Positions 18,869 to 27,843 of a stretch of DNA of 64,000 nucleotides are shown one piece after another. A model generated the notes under the pieces. That model was not told where the DNA came from. It worked only from the letters and a program-made list of their open reading frames with translations, and did not search any database. The stretch is from Alphaproteobacteria bacterium (GTDB lineage: Bacteria > Pseudomonadota > Alphaproteobacteria > UBA2966), in the NCBI GenBank assembly GCA_018654745.1, contig JABILA010000094.1, positions 19,237 to 83,236 of the forward strand. Direction: 5' to 3'. Numbering within the stretch: position 1 is the stretch's first letter; each line of letters begins with the position of its first letter. The position numbers and the translations under genes are program-made.

Positions 18869-19204
18869 CTAAGCCAATCCATCGATGACGTTGCGGTTGA
18901 CGACGATCAGCGAATTGATCTCGCTTTCGCCACGGAGAACACGCGCTGTTTGCTCTTCTACCCAACGTCCCAATTGATCGATCTGTTCGCGCAAATCTTG
19001 TGGCAAACGGTTGGCCCTGGACATGACGTCCTGACGTAATGCACTCCACAGAAATTTGTTGCGATCAAGCGCTTCAAAATAATCAGCGTCCCGTTGGCTG
19101 GAGCCGCCTGCCTTAATCAGATCTTCAGTCACATGAAGCAAAACTTTTTGCTCTTCTGCACGACGATCGAGGTCTGATTGGGTATTTGCTGAAACATTAC
19201 TCAT
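18869..19204 (-). CDS. flaF: Divergent FlaF-like protein
   Basis: ALDRNKFLWSALRQDVMSRANRLP...WVEEQTARVLRGE...LIVVNRNVIDGL; close paralogue of 17548-17883. Confidence 0.8.
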   Translation of the reverse strand: MSNVSANTQSDLDRRAEEQKVLLHVTEDLIKAGGSSQRDADYFEALDRNKFLWSALRQDVMSRANRLPQDLREQIDQLGRWVEEQTARVLRGESEINSLIVVNRNVIDGLA

Positions 19205-19261
19205 CGCATTTCTCTCTTTTGTCTTCTGATGATCCGGAGGATGATTAGTGATCTACGTTGC

Positions 19262-20080
19262 TTAGCCGCCGAACAAGGACAAGATGCTCTGAGGACCAGA
19301 GTTCGCAATCGACAAAGCCTGCACGCCAAGTTGCTGTTTGATCTGCAATGCCTGCAATGATGCACTCTCTTCAGCGAGATCAGCATCCACCAGATTTCCA
19401 ACACCCTCTTTGAGAATATCGACAAGTTGAGTCGTAAAATCTGTTTGAACTTCAATTCGTTTGGCGGAAGAACCCAGCGAGGCCAGCGATGAAGTAACGG
19501 AGTTTATTGCTGCATCAATTTGCGTCAAAGCTGTAGCGGCAGATGCAGATAAATCCAGCCCTGAAGTCAAAATCCCCAGCGTTGTTGCATCCATACTTTG
19601 GGCAGTCACTGAAATTGTGCTGCCATCAACAGTCGACAGAACGGTCAAGGCGCTTGCGGCCGAGGTAATCAGGTTCTTGCCGTTGAATTCAGCTGTTTGA
19701 ACAATCGTCTCGAGTTGATCACGAAGAGACGTAAAGTCATCATTCAATGCTGTGCGCGACGCACCATCCAGACCGGCCTGATTGGCCTGAACAGCTTTCG
19801 CCTTCATTTCAGTCAGCATGTCCGAGATGGCTTTACCGGCAGTAATTGCGACATTCAAGGTCGATTCGCCAGCGGCCAGTGCTGTTTTGACGGCCTGCAT
19901 ACCGGCGATGTCACCGCGCATGCGCTGGGCAATGGCATAAGTCGATGCGTCGTCTTTTGGTCCATTGACCTTCAAACCAGTGGTGATGTGGAGCTGCGTT
20001 TTCTCCAATTGATCATTTGACCGGTTCAGGTTCTGCAGTGCGATCATGGCACCGACGTTGGTATTGATGGACATTCCCAT
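19262..20080 (-). CDS. fliC: Flagellin (operon B, central type X)
   Basis: Start at ATG 20080 (MGMSINT) after AAGGAG; central AQSMDATTLGILTSGLDLSA. Confidence 0.97.
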   Translation of the reverse strand: MGMSINTNVGAMIALQNLNRSNDQLEKTQLHITTGLKVNGPKDDASTYAIAQRMRGDIAGMQAVKTALAAGESTLNVAITAGKAISDMLTEMKAKAVQANQAGLDGASRTALNDDFTSLRDQLETIVQTAEFNGKNLITSAASALTVLSTVDGSTISVTAQSMDATTLGILTSGLDLSASAATALTQIDAAINSVTSSLASLGSSAKRIEVQTDFTTQLVDILKEGVGNLVDADLAEESASLQALQIKQQLGVQALSIANSGPQSILSLFGG

Positions 20081-20158
20081 AACTTGTATCTCCTTGAGGC
20101 CTTGGTTCTTGCCTAAAATTACTACCCGGCACATTTGCCGTTGTTCGCCAAGTGTTTC

Positions 20159-20173
20159 GCAATAGGCATGCCA
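20159..20173 (-). promoter_or_regulatory. Sigma-54 (-24/-12) promoter of flagellin operon B
   Basis: Minus strand TGGCATGCCTATTGC with correct GG-N10-GC spacing, ~80 bp upstream of ATG 20080. Confidence 0.85.
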
Positions 20174-20285
20174 GTTTGAATTCACGCACCCCAGATGGAC
20201 CGTAAGTATTTGTTATTGCTATGTTTTGCATGGACCATTATCAATTTTTTCCCCAACCTAATTTGGTGTCCTGCCCCTCTACTGA

Positions 20286-20343
20286 CGGCAAATCAGGCCC
20301 CTGGGAGGCGTTTTTTGCCTTCCAGGATGCAGGTGTTGCCGGG
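20286..20343. promoter_or_regulatory. Degenerate ftr-like palindromes upstream of the operon B promoter
   Basis: CGGCAAATCAGGCCC, AGGCGTTTTTTGCCT and ATGCAGGTGTTGCCGGG at ~20-bp periodicity; a further CCCGGCACATTTGCCG lies at 20125-20140. Confidence 0.45.
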
Positions 20344-20430
20344 TCAAATCCCGACATTTCCGGCAATGACATTGGGGCAAACAGCACATGTTAAGCGATT
20401 TATTAACCTTGTCAGCCTACGCACTTAAGG

Positions 20431-23364
20431 ATGAATAACGCTGATGAAATCCTTGAAAACGCTGTCGCAGCCCACAGGGCCGGAGATGCCGTAACTGCAG
20501 TGAGCCTTTATCGACAAGTGCTGGCCATATCGCCGGATAATGGTGATGCTTTGCGCAATCTGGCGACCCTTCTGGCGACAAGCGGAGAGCTGGAGGAAGC
20601 TGCTGACCTCTACCACAGTGCTTTATTACTGGACCCCCATGACCTGGCTGTTCTAACCAACATGGGTCACATCCTTCGGGCCCTGGGAAAAACTGACGAA
20701 GCTTGCTCTCTTTATAATAGGGTACTGGAAATCGCTCCGGATCAAAGCGAGATCAGGATTGCACTGGCTGATATACATCTGCTGGAAGGCAAAGCTGAAA
20801 TCGCCGCGGAGCATTATAAGGAAGCCATCGAACGTGGCACATCGCATAGTCGCATACATGCAAATCTCGCCGCAGCGCTACATTCCCTTGATCGATTGAC
20901 GGAAGCTCTCGAACAGTCAGAAATCGCGGTTCGACTGGACGTCGAAAATGCCGATGCCTTGAACATCATGGGTAGGGTCAAGTCAGGGCAGAACAAGTTC
21001 GAAGAAGCGGTGTCAGCCTTTCAGGGTGCGATACATTTGCGTCCAGACTGGTATCCGCCTCGGCTGGACCTTGGCATCACATGGCAAAAATTGGGAAAAT
21101 TGCCTGAGGCACTGGAGGCGCTGGAACAAGCATGGATGCTTAATCCAAACGATCTGGAAACCGGCAAGGCAATGGTCTCAGTTATGATTGCGCTCGGTCA
21201 GACTGAGGAAGCTGAAGATCTACTCAACACCCTGGACAAAATATTTCCGGAAAATAGTGAACTGCCATTTCACCGGGCAATTAACGACCGGTCCATGGGC
21301 AAACTCGAAGAATCTGTAGACCTTTTCAGGCTTGCGATTGAGCGGGGTCTGGATGCGCCGGAAGCGCACAACAATCTTGCTGTATCACTTTTTGATCTAC
21401 GACGCCTGGATGAAACATTCGCTGCCGCCAATAAGGCAATCGCACTCGATCCTGATTTTCCCTCTGCTTACAACACCTTAGGGAACTGGGCCTCGGAAGT
21501 TGGGGAACTCGCCAAGGCAAAGAACTATTACCTGAAGGCCAATGAGCTTGAACCGGATTTTGCGGCTGCTATTTCCAATGCAGCTTATGTTACACGCTTG
21601 CAAGGTTCACTGGACGAATCTATCCAGCTTTACAAAACGGCCCTTGATATTGACCCACAGCTCGCTGAAGCGTGGAGTGGCCTCGGCCTGACTTATCAAC
21701 AGAACAATCGATTTACGGAGGCCCTGGCAGCTTTCGACGAAGGGCTAAAGGGCCACCCGGATAACTGGGAGCTATTAAACAACAAAGCGATCAGCTATCA
21801 GGCAACCGGACATATCGACGAAGCTCTTGCGACCTACAAATCAGCTTTGGACTCCAAGCCGGACAACCCGGAAATCTATTACAATCTGGGTAACTTGCTG
21901 TTGACCTTAAAGCGAATCGACGAAGCAATTGAGATGTTCAATGCCGCTCTTCGCTTGCGGCCAGATTACAATGCCGTTTTTTCCTACCTGGCCCATGCCT
22001 TGATGCAGCAATGCAACTGGGTCAACCTGGAGGCGGCCATCGAGCGTATTGAGCAAAACATCGCAGAAGAAGTGAAAAGCGGCAAAACTATTAGCACTTC
22101 TCCGTTCAGCATGCTGAGTTTACCGGTTCCGGCCCAATACAGGCTCCTGAGTTCCAGGCAATTGGCAGCCCAAACTGCTATGGAACTGGAACACCAACGC
22201 AAAAGTATCAAGTTTCAATATAAGCCAAAAGGTGAAAAGCTAAAAATCGGTTACGTTTCACCGGACTTCCGTCGGCACAGCCTGGGCTTGACTTTCCTGG
22301 ACCTTTTGATGGCGCACGATAATGATTCGTTCGAGTTTTATGGATACGCCATGTTCTCAAACGATCCAGATGAAGTCACCAACCAGTTCGGGAAGGTCTT
22401 TGATCATTTCCGGGATTTGACACCCTGTTCCCATGAAGATTCTGCCCGTGTCATTAATGAGGATGGCATCAATATTCTTGTAGATCTTGCAGGTTACACA
22501 AAAGGGTCCCGTCTACAAATTTTTTCCCTGCTGCCGGCGCCTGTTCAAGTTCATTATCTGGGTTATGGCCACACCTTGGGGGCAGATTTTATCCCATGGC
22601 TCATCACAGATCACGATGTGATCCCTGAAGACATAGCAGCGCACTGTAGTGAAAAATTGATATATCTGCCCGATAGTTTCCTCGCCACATCCCGACACGA
22701 AATTTCACAGGTAAAGCAATCACGTGCCGACTTCGGACTACCCGAAAATGCTTTTGTCCTCGCCAACTTCAATGGGTTATACAAGATAGATCCAAAAGCC
22801 TTCGCGGTTTGGATGCGATTTATGCGAAAGACTCCGGACGCCATACTCTGGCTCTCTGCAGGAACTGTGGGCGGTGAAAACAATCTTCGCAAGGAAGCCG
22901 AGGCCCGGGGCGTACAGCCTGACAGGATAATTTTTGCAAAGAACATTCCGCATACAAGTCACCTGGCGCGGCTGCAACTTGCCGATATTGCGCTCGACGC
23001 CTACTACCATTCAGGCGGCGTAACCACCACTGACGCCATATGGGCGGGATTACCTATCTTGACAGTCGCTGGCCCTACACCGAGTGCACAAACAGGCGTA
23101 TCCGTCTTAAAAGCGGCGAGGTTACCGGAGTTGATCACATATTCCCTGGATGAATATGAAAAACAATTGCACCACCTTGCCGGCAACCGGGAAGAATTGG
23201 CGAAAATCAGGAGCCGTATGACATCTACCAGAGATGAAGTTCCACTATTTGATTCCCAACGCCTCGCCCGTCACCTCGAGCTTGGTTACAACATGATGTG
23301 GGAACAATACGAGGCAGGGTTAGAGCCGAAAGGCTTTGATATCCCAGCTATTTCCCAGGTATAG
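20431..23364 (+). CDS. TPR + GT41 (OGT/SPINDLY-like) protein O-glycosyltransferase, paralogue 4
   Basis: Long TPR array plus LKIGYVSPDFRRHS, ILVDLAGYT, FNGLYKIDP and DAIWAGLPILT; divergent from flagellin operon B. Confidence 0.9.
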   Translation: MNNADEILENAVAAHRAGDAVTAVSLYRQVLAISPDNGDALRNLATLLATSGELEEAADLYHSALLLDPHDLAVLTNMGHILRALGKTDEACSLYNRVLEIAPDQSEIRIALADIHLLEGKAEIAAEHYKEAIERGTSHSRIHANLAAALHSLDRLTEALEQSEIAVRLDVENADALNIMGRVKSGQNKFEEAVSAFQGAIHLRPDWYPPRLDLGITWQKLGKLPEALEALEQAWMLNPNDLETGKAMVSVMIALGQTEEAEDLLNTLDKIFPENSELPFHRAINDRSMGKLEESVDLFRLAIERGLDAPEAHNNLAVSLFDLRRLDETFAAANKAIALDPDFPSAYNTLGNWASEVGELAKAKNYYLKANELEPDFAAAISNAAYVTRLQGSLDESIQLYKTALDIDPQLAEAWSGLGLTYQQNNRFTEALAAFDEGLKGHPDNWELLNNKAISYQATGHIDEALATYKSALDSKPDNPEIYYNLGNLLLTLKRIDEAIEMFNAALRLRPDYNAVFSYLAHALMQQCNWVNLEAAIERIEQNIAEEVKSGKTISTSPFSMLSLPVPAQYRLLSSRQLAAQTAMELEHQRKSIKFQYKPKGEKLKIGYVSPDFRRHSLGLTFLDLLMAHDNDSFEFYGYAMFSNDPDEVTNQFGKVFDHFRDLTPCSHEDSARVINEDGINILVDLAGYTKGSRLQIFSLLPAPVQVHYLGYGHTLGADFIPWLITDHDVIPEDIAAHCSEKLIYLPDSFLATSRHEISQVKQSRADFGLPENAFVLANFNGLYKIDPKAFAVWMRFMRKTPDAILWLSAGTVGGENNLRKEAEARGVQPDRIIFAKNIPHTSHLARLQLADIALDAYYHSGGVTTTDAIWAGLPILTVAGPTPSAQTGVSVLKAARLPELITYSLDEYEKQLHHLAGNREELAKIRSRMTSTRDEVPLFDSQRLARHLELGYNMMWEQYEAGLEPKGFDIPAISQV

Positions 23365-24250
23365 CCCGCAGACCGTCCAGCGTTTGCAACGATTCGGCGA
23401 CAGTTGGTGACATGATACCAAACTCAGATGACAACTCTGAACTGTCCAGAGTGGTGTGTCGGGGAAACAAGTGATCAGGGTGCAATCCGGTCCGTTCTAA
23501 TCCCGCCAGATCAATCCGGGAAATGGCGTTGATCAAGGATGTCTTACAGTCAGTGGACGAGGCTACATACCCTGCAATATCCAGCATACTCATGTCCGAA
23601 GTTGCAGATAACTGAAAGAGGCCACCCTCTTTCTCCGATCCGATGGAGAGCAAGGCACTGACGGCCAGATCTGCAGATACCGGTGACTGGTACATATCAG
23701 TTGCAGCCTTAATTTCATGTCCTGCCGCCAAAGCAGTCAGCCAACCCGATATCAGTTGATCATCGGAAAACAACACCTTGCTAAGGCGAATTACACTTCC
23801 ACCTGGCAACGCCAGAACCCGGTTCTCCACGTCAACTTTCTGTCGCCCATATTCTGTTGTGGGAGAAGTCGCAGTGGAGGTTTTCGGCATTTCTGAGTTA
23901 CCGTCGAAAACCCTGTTTGTCGAGATCAGGACAGATCGACAATCTTTTTCGGCAAGGAACTCAACCAGCCGGACAGTCTGACCTACATTGATGGCGTAAG
24001 TCTCTTCTGGCTCTATTTCGCAATGCTCAACAGATGTGATACCGGCACAAATATAGGCGACGGACGCTTCCGGGAGATTTTCCCATGTATCACCGTCATT
24101 CAAATCACAATATATATGATGGCGCTGGTCACTCGGCTGTTTATGGCGCGTCGTGGCCGCAAATTCATGCCCTTGCATTCGGAGTGTTTCACTCAGATGC
24201 GTGCCCAGTTTTCCTTCGCCGCCAACTATTAAATGGAATTCATCTGGCAT
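23348..24250 (-). CDS. RmlD-like NDP-4-keto-sugar reductase
   Basis: IVGGEGKLG, CAGITSVEHCE, ISTNRVFDG and EYGRQK (YxxxK). Confidence 0.8.
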   Translation of the reverse strand: MPDEFHLIVGGEGKLGTHLSETLRMQGHEFAATTRHKQPSDQRHHIYCDLNDGDTWENLPEASVAYICAGITSVEHCEIEPEETYAINVGQTVRLVEFLAEKDCRSVLISTNRVFDGNSEMPKTSTATSPTTEYGRQKVDVENRVLALPGGSVIRLSKVLFSDDQLISGWLTALAAGHEIKAATDMYQSPVSADLAVSALLSIGSEKEGGLFQLSATSDMSMLDIAGYVASSTDCKTSLINAISRIDLAGLERTGLHPDHLFPRHTTLDSSELSSEFGIMSPTVAESLQTLDGLRAIPGK

Positions 24251-24253
24251 TGA

Positions 24254-25453
24254 TCAGGCAACATTTGTACTGCCGGGCCCAAACTCTCGTGGTACAGCGT
24301 ATAAAATGGTTTCCCAGCGCTCGAAACTATAAGTATCAAGGTACAAATTATAGTCCGGCAGATTATCTATTATCATGTTGGGTATTTCCCAAAAATCCGA
24401 AGCCGCATGATAAATACTCAGCGCCAGTTGGGGCCGGTATTTTTTCATTGTCTCAATTGATCCCTTGATGGCGTTCATATCGCCTCCTTCAAGGTCAAAT
24501 TTTATCAGGTCAACGCGATCAAAACCGGTTTCTTCAACGAAACTATCGATGCTACGCGCGGGGAATGTCGTCGTTTCTGACAGTAATTTTTCATCCTTCT
24601 CCTCAGAAGCCTGACCATCGCCCAAAATTTTCATGTCTATACTTCCATCCTCCTTGTCCAGAGCGATGGCATTATCGACAAAATTCACAACACCACTTTC
24701 CACCCAGGGACGCGCATATTCAGTCAGATGGCTGTGGCCCAAGGGATCAAAATTGTGAACAATCGCTCCCTTTGGCAAATTTGTCACAAAATACGGTAAT
24801 TCGTAGCCCCCGAAGACCCCACCATTTAAGACAACCTGGCAACGGTCAAAATCCAGATAATCGAAATACTGAATGTTTTGATATGCTCGTTTCGCGTAAT
24901 GCGCCCAGTGGGCTTCGGGTTCTCCGAGAAGAACACGTGAGTATGCTGCTCTGCTATCATCATTTGCCAGAGCCGCCATAACTTCTAGAATCTCGTCTTT
25001 GTGCTGTCCAATATAGGCACTATTCGAGCTTAGATAGTTGTTACCATTCAGCTTCTTCTCAGCAGTATCCGGATCTATTATTAAACGACCATATTTCTCA
25101 AGAATTCCTTGAAAGTCAGTATCGTTCACCGTCAATTGATCACCGACCTGAATATAGTCGAGAGCAACGGCGGAGAACGCCCAATAAGCCCAGACGTCAC
25201 CACTGGGCAGAGGAAAGATCGCGACGTCAGACGCTTCGCGGTCATGTATCAGGCTAGCCGCACCGTCTACCAGCAAGTCACATACGACCAGAATATCTGC
25301 CTGACGATCTCCGGGGTCGTTCGTAAAGCCCAAAAATTCTGCACCCGGCCTGATTTTGGACAATATGTGACGCAGGAACTGAGTGTTCCCTGTATCACCG
25401 AGTATCTTGTAACTTCGGTCATTGGGAAACTTCAGAGGTGCGTCTACGATCAT
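24254..25453 (-). CDS. FkbM-family methyltransferase
   Basis: SIDSFV...RVDLIKFDLEGGDMNAIKG...KYRPQLALSIYH...DFWEIP. Confidence 0.85.
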   Translation of the reverse strand: MIVDAPLKFPNDRSYKILGDTGNTQFLRHILSKIRPGAEFLGFTNDPGDRQADILVVCDLLVDGAASLIHDREASDVAIFPLPSGDVWAYWAFSAVALDYIQVGDQLTVNDTDFQGILEKYGRLIIDPDTAEKKLNGNNYLSSNSAYIGQHKDEILEVMAALANDDSRAAYSRVLLGEPEAHWAHYAKRAYQNIQYFDYLDFDRCQVVLNGGVFGGYELPYFVTNLPKGAIVHNFDPLGHSHLTEYARPWVESGVVNFVDNAIALDKEDGSIDMKILGDGQASEEKDEKLLSETTTFPARSIDSFVEETGFDRVDLIKFDLEGGDMNAIKGSIETMKKYRPQLALSIYHAASDFWEIPNMIIDNLPDYNLYLDTYSFERWETILYAVPREFGPGSTNVA

Positions 25454-25523
25454 TCACTGGCTCCTGAAAAAACAGTCTCCAGAATGGCTTGTTATGGTTT
25501 TTAATTGGTTAAGGAGACGACGA

Positions 25524-26675
25524 TCAAACGAATGGTCTATGAGCAGGATCAGAGTCCAGGTAGTCAAGGAGCAAGCGGTTTTTGGCCTCGGCAACACAAT
25601 GATGGCCGCAAACACTGGATGGCGTTAGAGCATTCATGGCCAGGCGATTTTCTTCGGAATACCAATAGTCCCGAAAGCGACGTCCTTCGAGGGACCCCAA
25701 TGTACCCGATTTCGTATAGGCCTTGTCCTGGCAGGTGTAGACCACACCATCGGCACCGATAACTGTCAGAAACTGTAAAAACGGACAGTCGTCATAGTCC
25801 TTGTCAAACCGTTCAGCCAGTTCATGATAATGGTCGATTATTTCAAAGCCACCGCCATTCAGTATCCGTGCCTTCTCAATCTGATCTTTTACGACATGGC
25901 TGAAATCAGCATGGTAGGCATTGTTATCTGCACCATTGTTGCTGACAACGCAGGCCGAGATTTTGGCATGCGCTACACCGGCAGTTTTTAGTGTGCTGGC
26001 TAGTTCAGCAATATGAGATGCGTTTCGATGATCAACGATGATGCTGGCACCCAATACACAATCCGAACCGAGTCTGGAAAAGGCAGTTAAATTCGAAATA
26101 ACCTTATCAAATTCGTTTTCGTCAACACCACGATATTCAGCATATGAAGGGCCATCCCAACCATCTATGGAAACACGTACCCAGGTTGCGTGTCGAGCCA
26201 GAACATCTGCTTTTTTGCCACTCAATTGCGACGCGTTGGTCAACACAGATACCTTGACATTGCCGGCCGCCAAATCTTCGACTGTTTTTGCGAAAGTGGG
26301 GTATAGCAATGGTTCTCCGCCGCCTGTAAAGGTAACGGCCTTGACTCCCATATCGACGATATCTTCGACAATCTCCGCCATTTTTTCCGGTGCCAGGCGA
26401 TCCTTGAGATTCATGTCTCCGCCGAGATCCAGATCTTCGATCCGGTAGGCGCAAAAATAGCAATTGTGATTACAAACGTTTGTGGGCTTAAGACGTATAT
26501 GAACCGGCGCCGCCAGTTTCCCGGATTTCAAAGCTTCCAATTGCTCAGGATAGTGCCACATCTTTGCAGCGGTGTAGATTGTTCCCATTACGCCTTTATC
26601 TTTCACAGTCCGGCACTCGACCGAAACAGAGCAAGCCCCCTCTTCGTCATAGTTCGAAACGTCATTCTGCTGCAA
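25524..26675 (-). CDS. Radical SAM protein with a SPASM/twitch-like C-terminus
   Basis: CNHNCYFC, FTGGGEPL, RVSID and C-terminal CPF...ADGVVYTC...CGHHC; the true start may be downstream (MGTIY). Confidence 0.88.
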   Translation of the reverse strand: MQQNDVSNYDEEGACSVSVECRTVKDKGVMGTIYTAAKMWHYPEQLEALKSGKLAAPVHIRLKPTNVCNHNCYFCAYRIEDLDLGGDMNLKDRLAPEKMAEIVEDIVDMGVKAVTFTGGGEPLLYPTFAKTVEDLAAGNVKVSVLTNASQLSGKKADVLARHATWVRVSIDGWDGPSYAEYRGVDENEFDKVISNLTAFSRLGSDCVLGASIIVDHRNASHIAELASTLKTAGVAHAKISACVVSNNGADNNAYHADFSHVVKDQIEKARILNGGGFEIIDHYHELAERFDKDYDDCPFLQFLTVIGADGVVYTCQDKAYTKSGTLGSLEGRRFRDYWYSEENRLAMNALTPSSVCGHHCVAEAKNRLLLDYLDSDPAHRPFV

Positions 26676-26725
26676 ATTCGTTCAAAATGGCTTAACCCCG
26701 ATCAACATATCTTTCGACGTGATGA

Positions 26726-27388
26726 TTACTCGAAGTAAATGCAGCCAAAATCACCTGAATAACCGGCCTGGTCCATCAACCACTGCCATTCGTCCGGCGT
26801 ATGAAAAGCATAACAAGTCAGTTGCCAATATAGCAAATTGGCTTTTTCTCGTTCGTTTCGATAGCTCTCGATCATGATGTACTTGCTGCCTTTGCCGACG
26901 CGTTCAATCTCCTTCAGCGCCTTATCAAGGTCATAGTTGTACAGATTGTGCAGAGCCCCCAGGGAAATGACAAAATCAAAATGTTGATCTGGGAATGGCA
27001 AGTCTGTCGCGTTGGCCAATTGCACGTGCGGTTTGACTTCCTCTTTAGCATTTTCCAGTCCGTATTCGGATACATCCACGCCAAAAATTTCAATTCCCGG
27101 AACGGCACGTGTGAACTCGTGTAGCAAAAAGCCCTTGCCGCAGCCGACATCCAGAATGCGCATCCCGGGTTTGAGGTCATAGTGGCGCGCAATGGCTTCA
27201 GCAACAGGTAACCAACGCCCGTCATAGGAATACCCGCCATAACCATGGCAGCGGTCTCCGTCCCAATAGTCCTTTCCCCATTGGCGGGCAATAGTGGCGC
27301 ATTCGGCCTTATCGTGATCAACAACCCTTTGGACATAGTCGCGAGGCGTACTTGAATGAAGTTTTTGCAGAAAATCGACGTAGGCCAT
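26726..27388 (-). CDS. Class I SAM-dependent methyltransferase
   Basis: ILDVGCGKGF motif I and DLPFPDQHFDFVIS. Confidence 0.9.
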   Translation of the reverse strand: MAYVDFLQKLHSSTPRDYVQRVVDHDKAECATIARQWGKDYWDGDRCHGYGGYSYDGRWLPVAEAIARHYDLKPGMRILDVGCGKGFLLHEFTRAVPGIEIFGVDVSEYGLENAKEEVKPHVQLANATDLPFPDQHFDFVISLGALHNLYNYDLDKALKEIERVGKGSKYIMIESYRNEREKANLLYWQLTCYAFHTPDEWQWLMDQAGYSGDFGCIYFE

Positions 27389-27432
27389 GGATGAATATTC
27401 TTTCTTTCAGACGATCAAGACTGGCAAATGAA

Positions 27433-27843
27433 CTAAAACTGAAGGTTGCTTGTGCTGGAAGTTTCGTCAATCGCCAGGATATCTTCAGCCGTTTGAATGT
27501 CCGTTGCCGTAGAAAGCGAGAAATTCTCAACGGCAAAATGCAAGGTACGCCCTGTATCAACGAATGACTTCCAGACATTCAGCCTCCGCCCCAAGCGTTT
27601 CGGCATCATAAAGAGGCTGTAGGCTACAACACCGTTTATGTGAGGCAATTCCGCAATAACACTGTTCAACATGATATAGCAGCCCGGCATCAGATATTCG
27701 ACTTCAGAAAGTCGGAATTCGATGCCATTGCGTTGGGTGTAGTCCCGCACAACAAGATTTTGCACCCTTTGCGGGACATGACTTCCACGGACATGCCTGG
27801 CCGTAATATACCCTCTGCAAACGGGTTTCAGGATCGTGGTCAT
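27433..27843 (-). CDS. Sporadic carbohydrate cluster protein (LIC12192-like family)
   Basis: RGYITAR...VPQRVQNLVVRDY...LSEVEYLMPGCY...YSLFMMP...LHFAVE; paired with the adjacent 2OG-Fe(II) oxygenase. Confidence 0.75.
   Translation of the reverse strand: MTTILKPVCRGYITARHVRGSHVPQRVQNLVVRDYTQRNGIEFRLSEVEYLMPGCYIMLNSVIAELPHINGVVAYSLFMMPKRLGRRLNVWKSFVDTGRTLHFAVENFSLSTATDIQTAEDILAIDETSSTSNLQF

Noticed and set aside
12611-20080. Periodic repeats suggesting a CRISPR-like or silent-cassette array
   Set aside because: The repeats are full-length flagellin genes with ribosome-binding sites; there is no short repeat-spacer structure and no cas, recombinase or invertase gene in the window.
1252-23364. 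Phase-variable homopolymer tracts in the glycosyltransferase genes
   Set aside because: No long G/C runs or simple-sequence repeats were seen, and all reading frames are intact.
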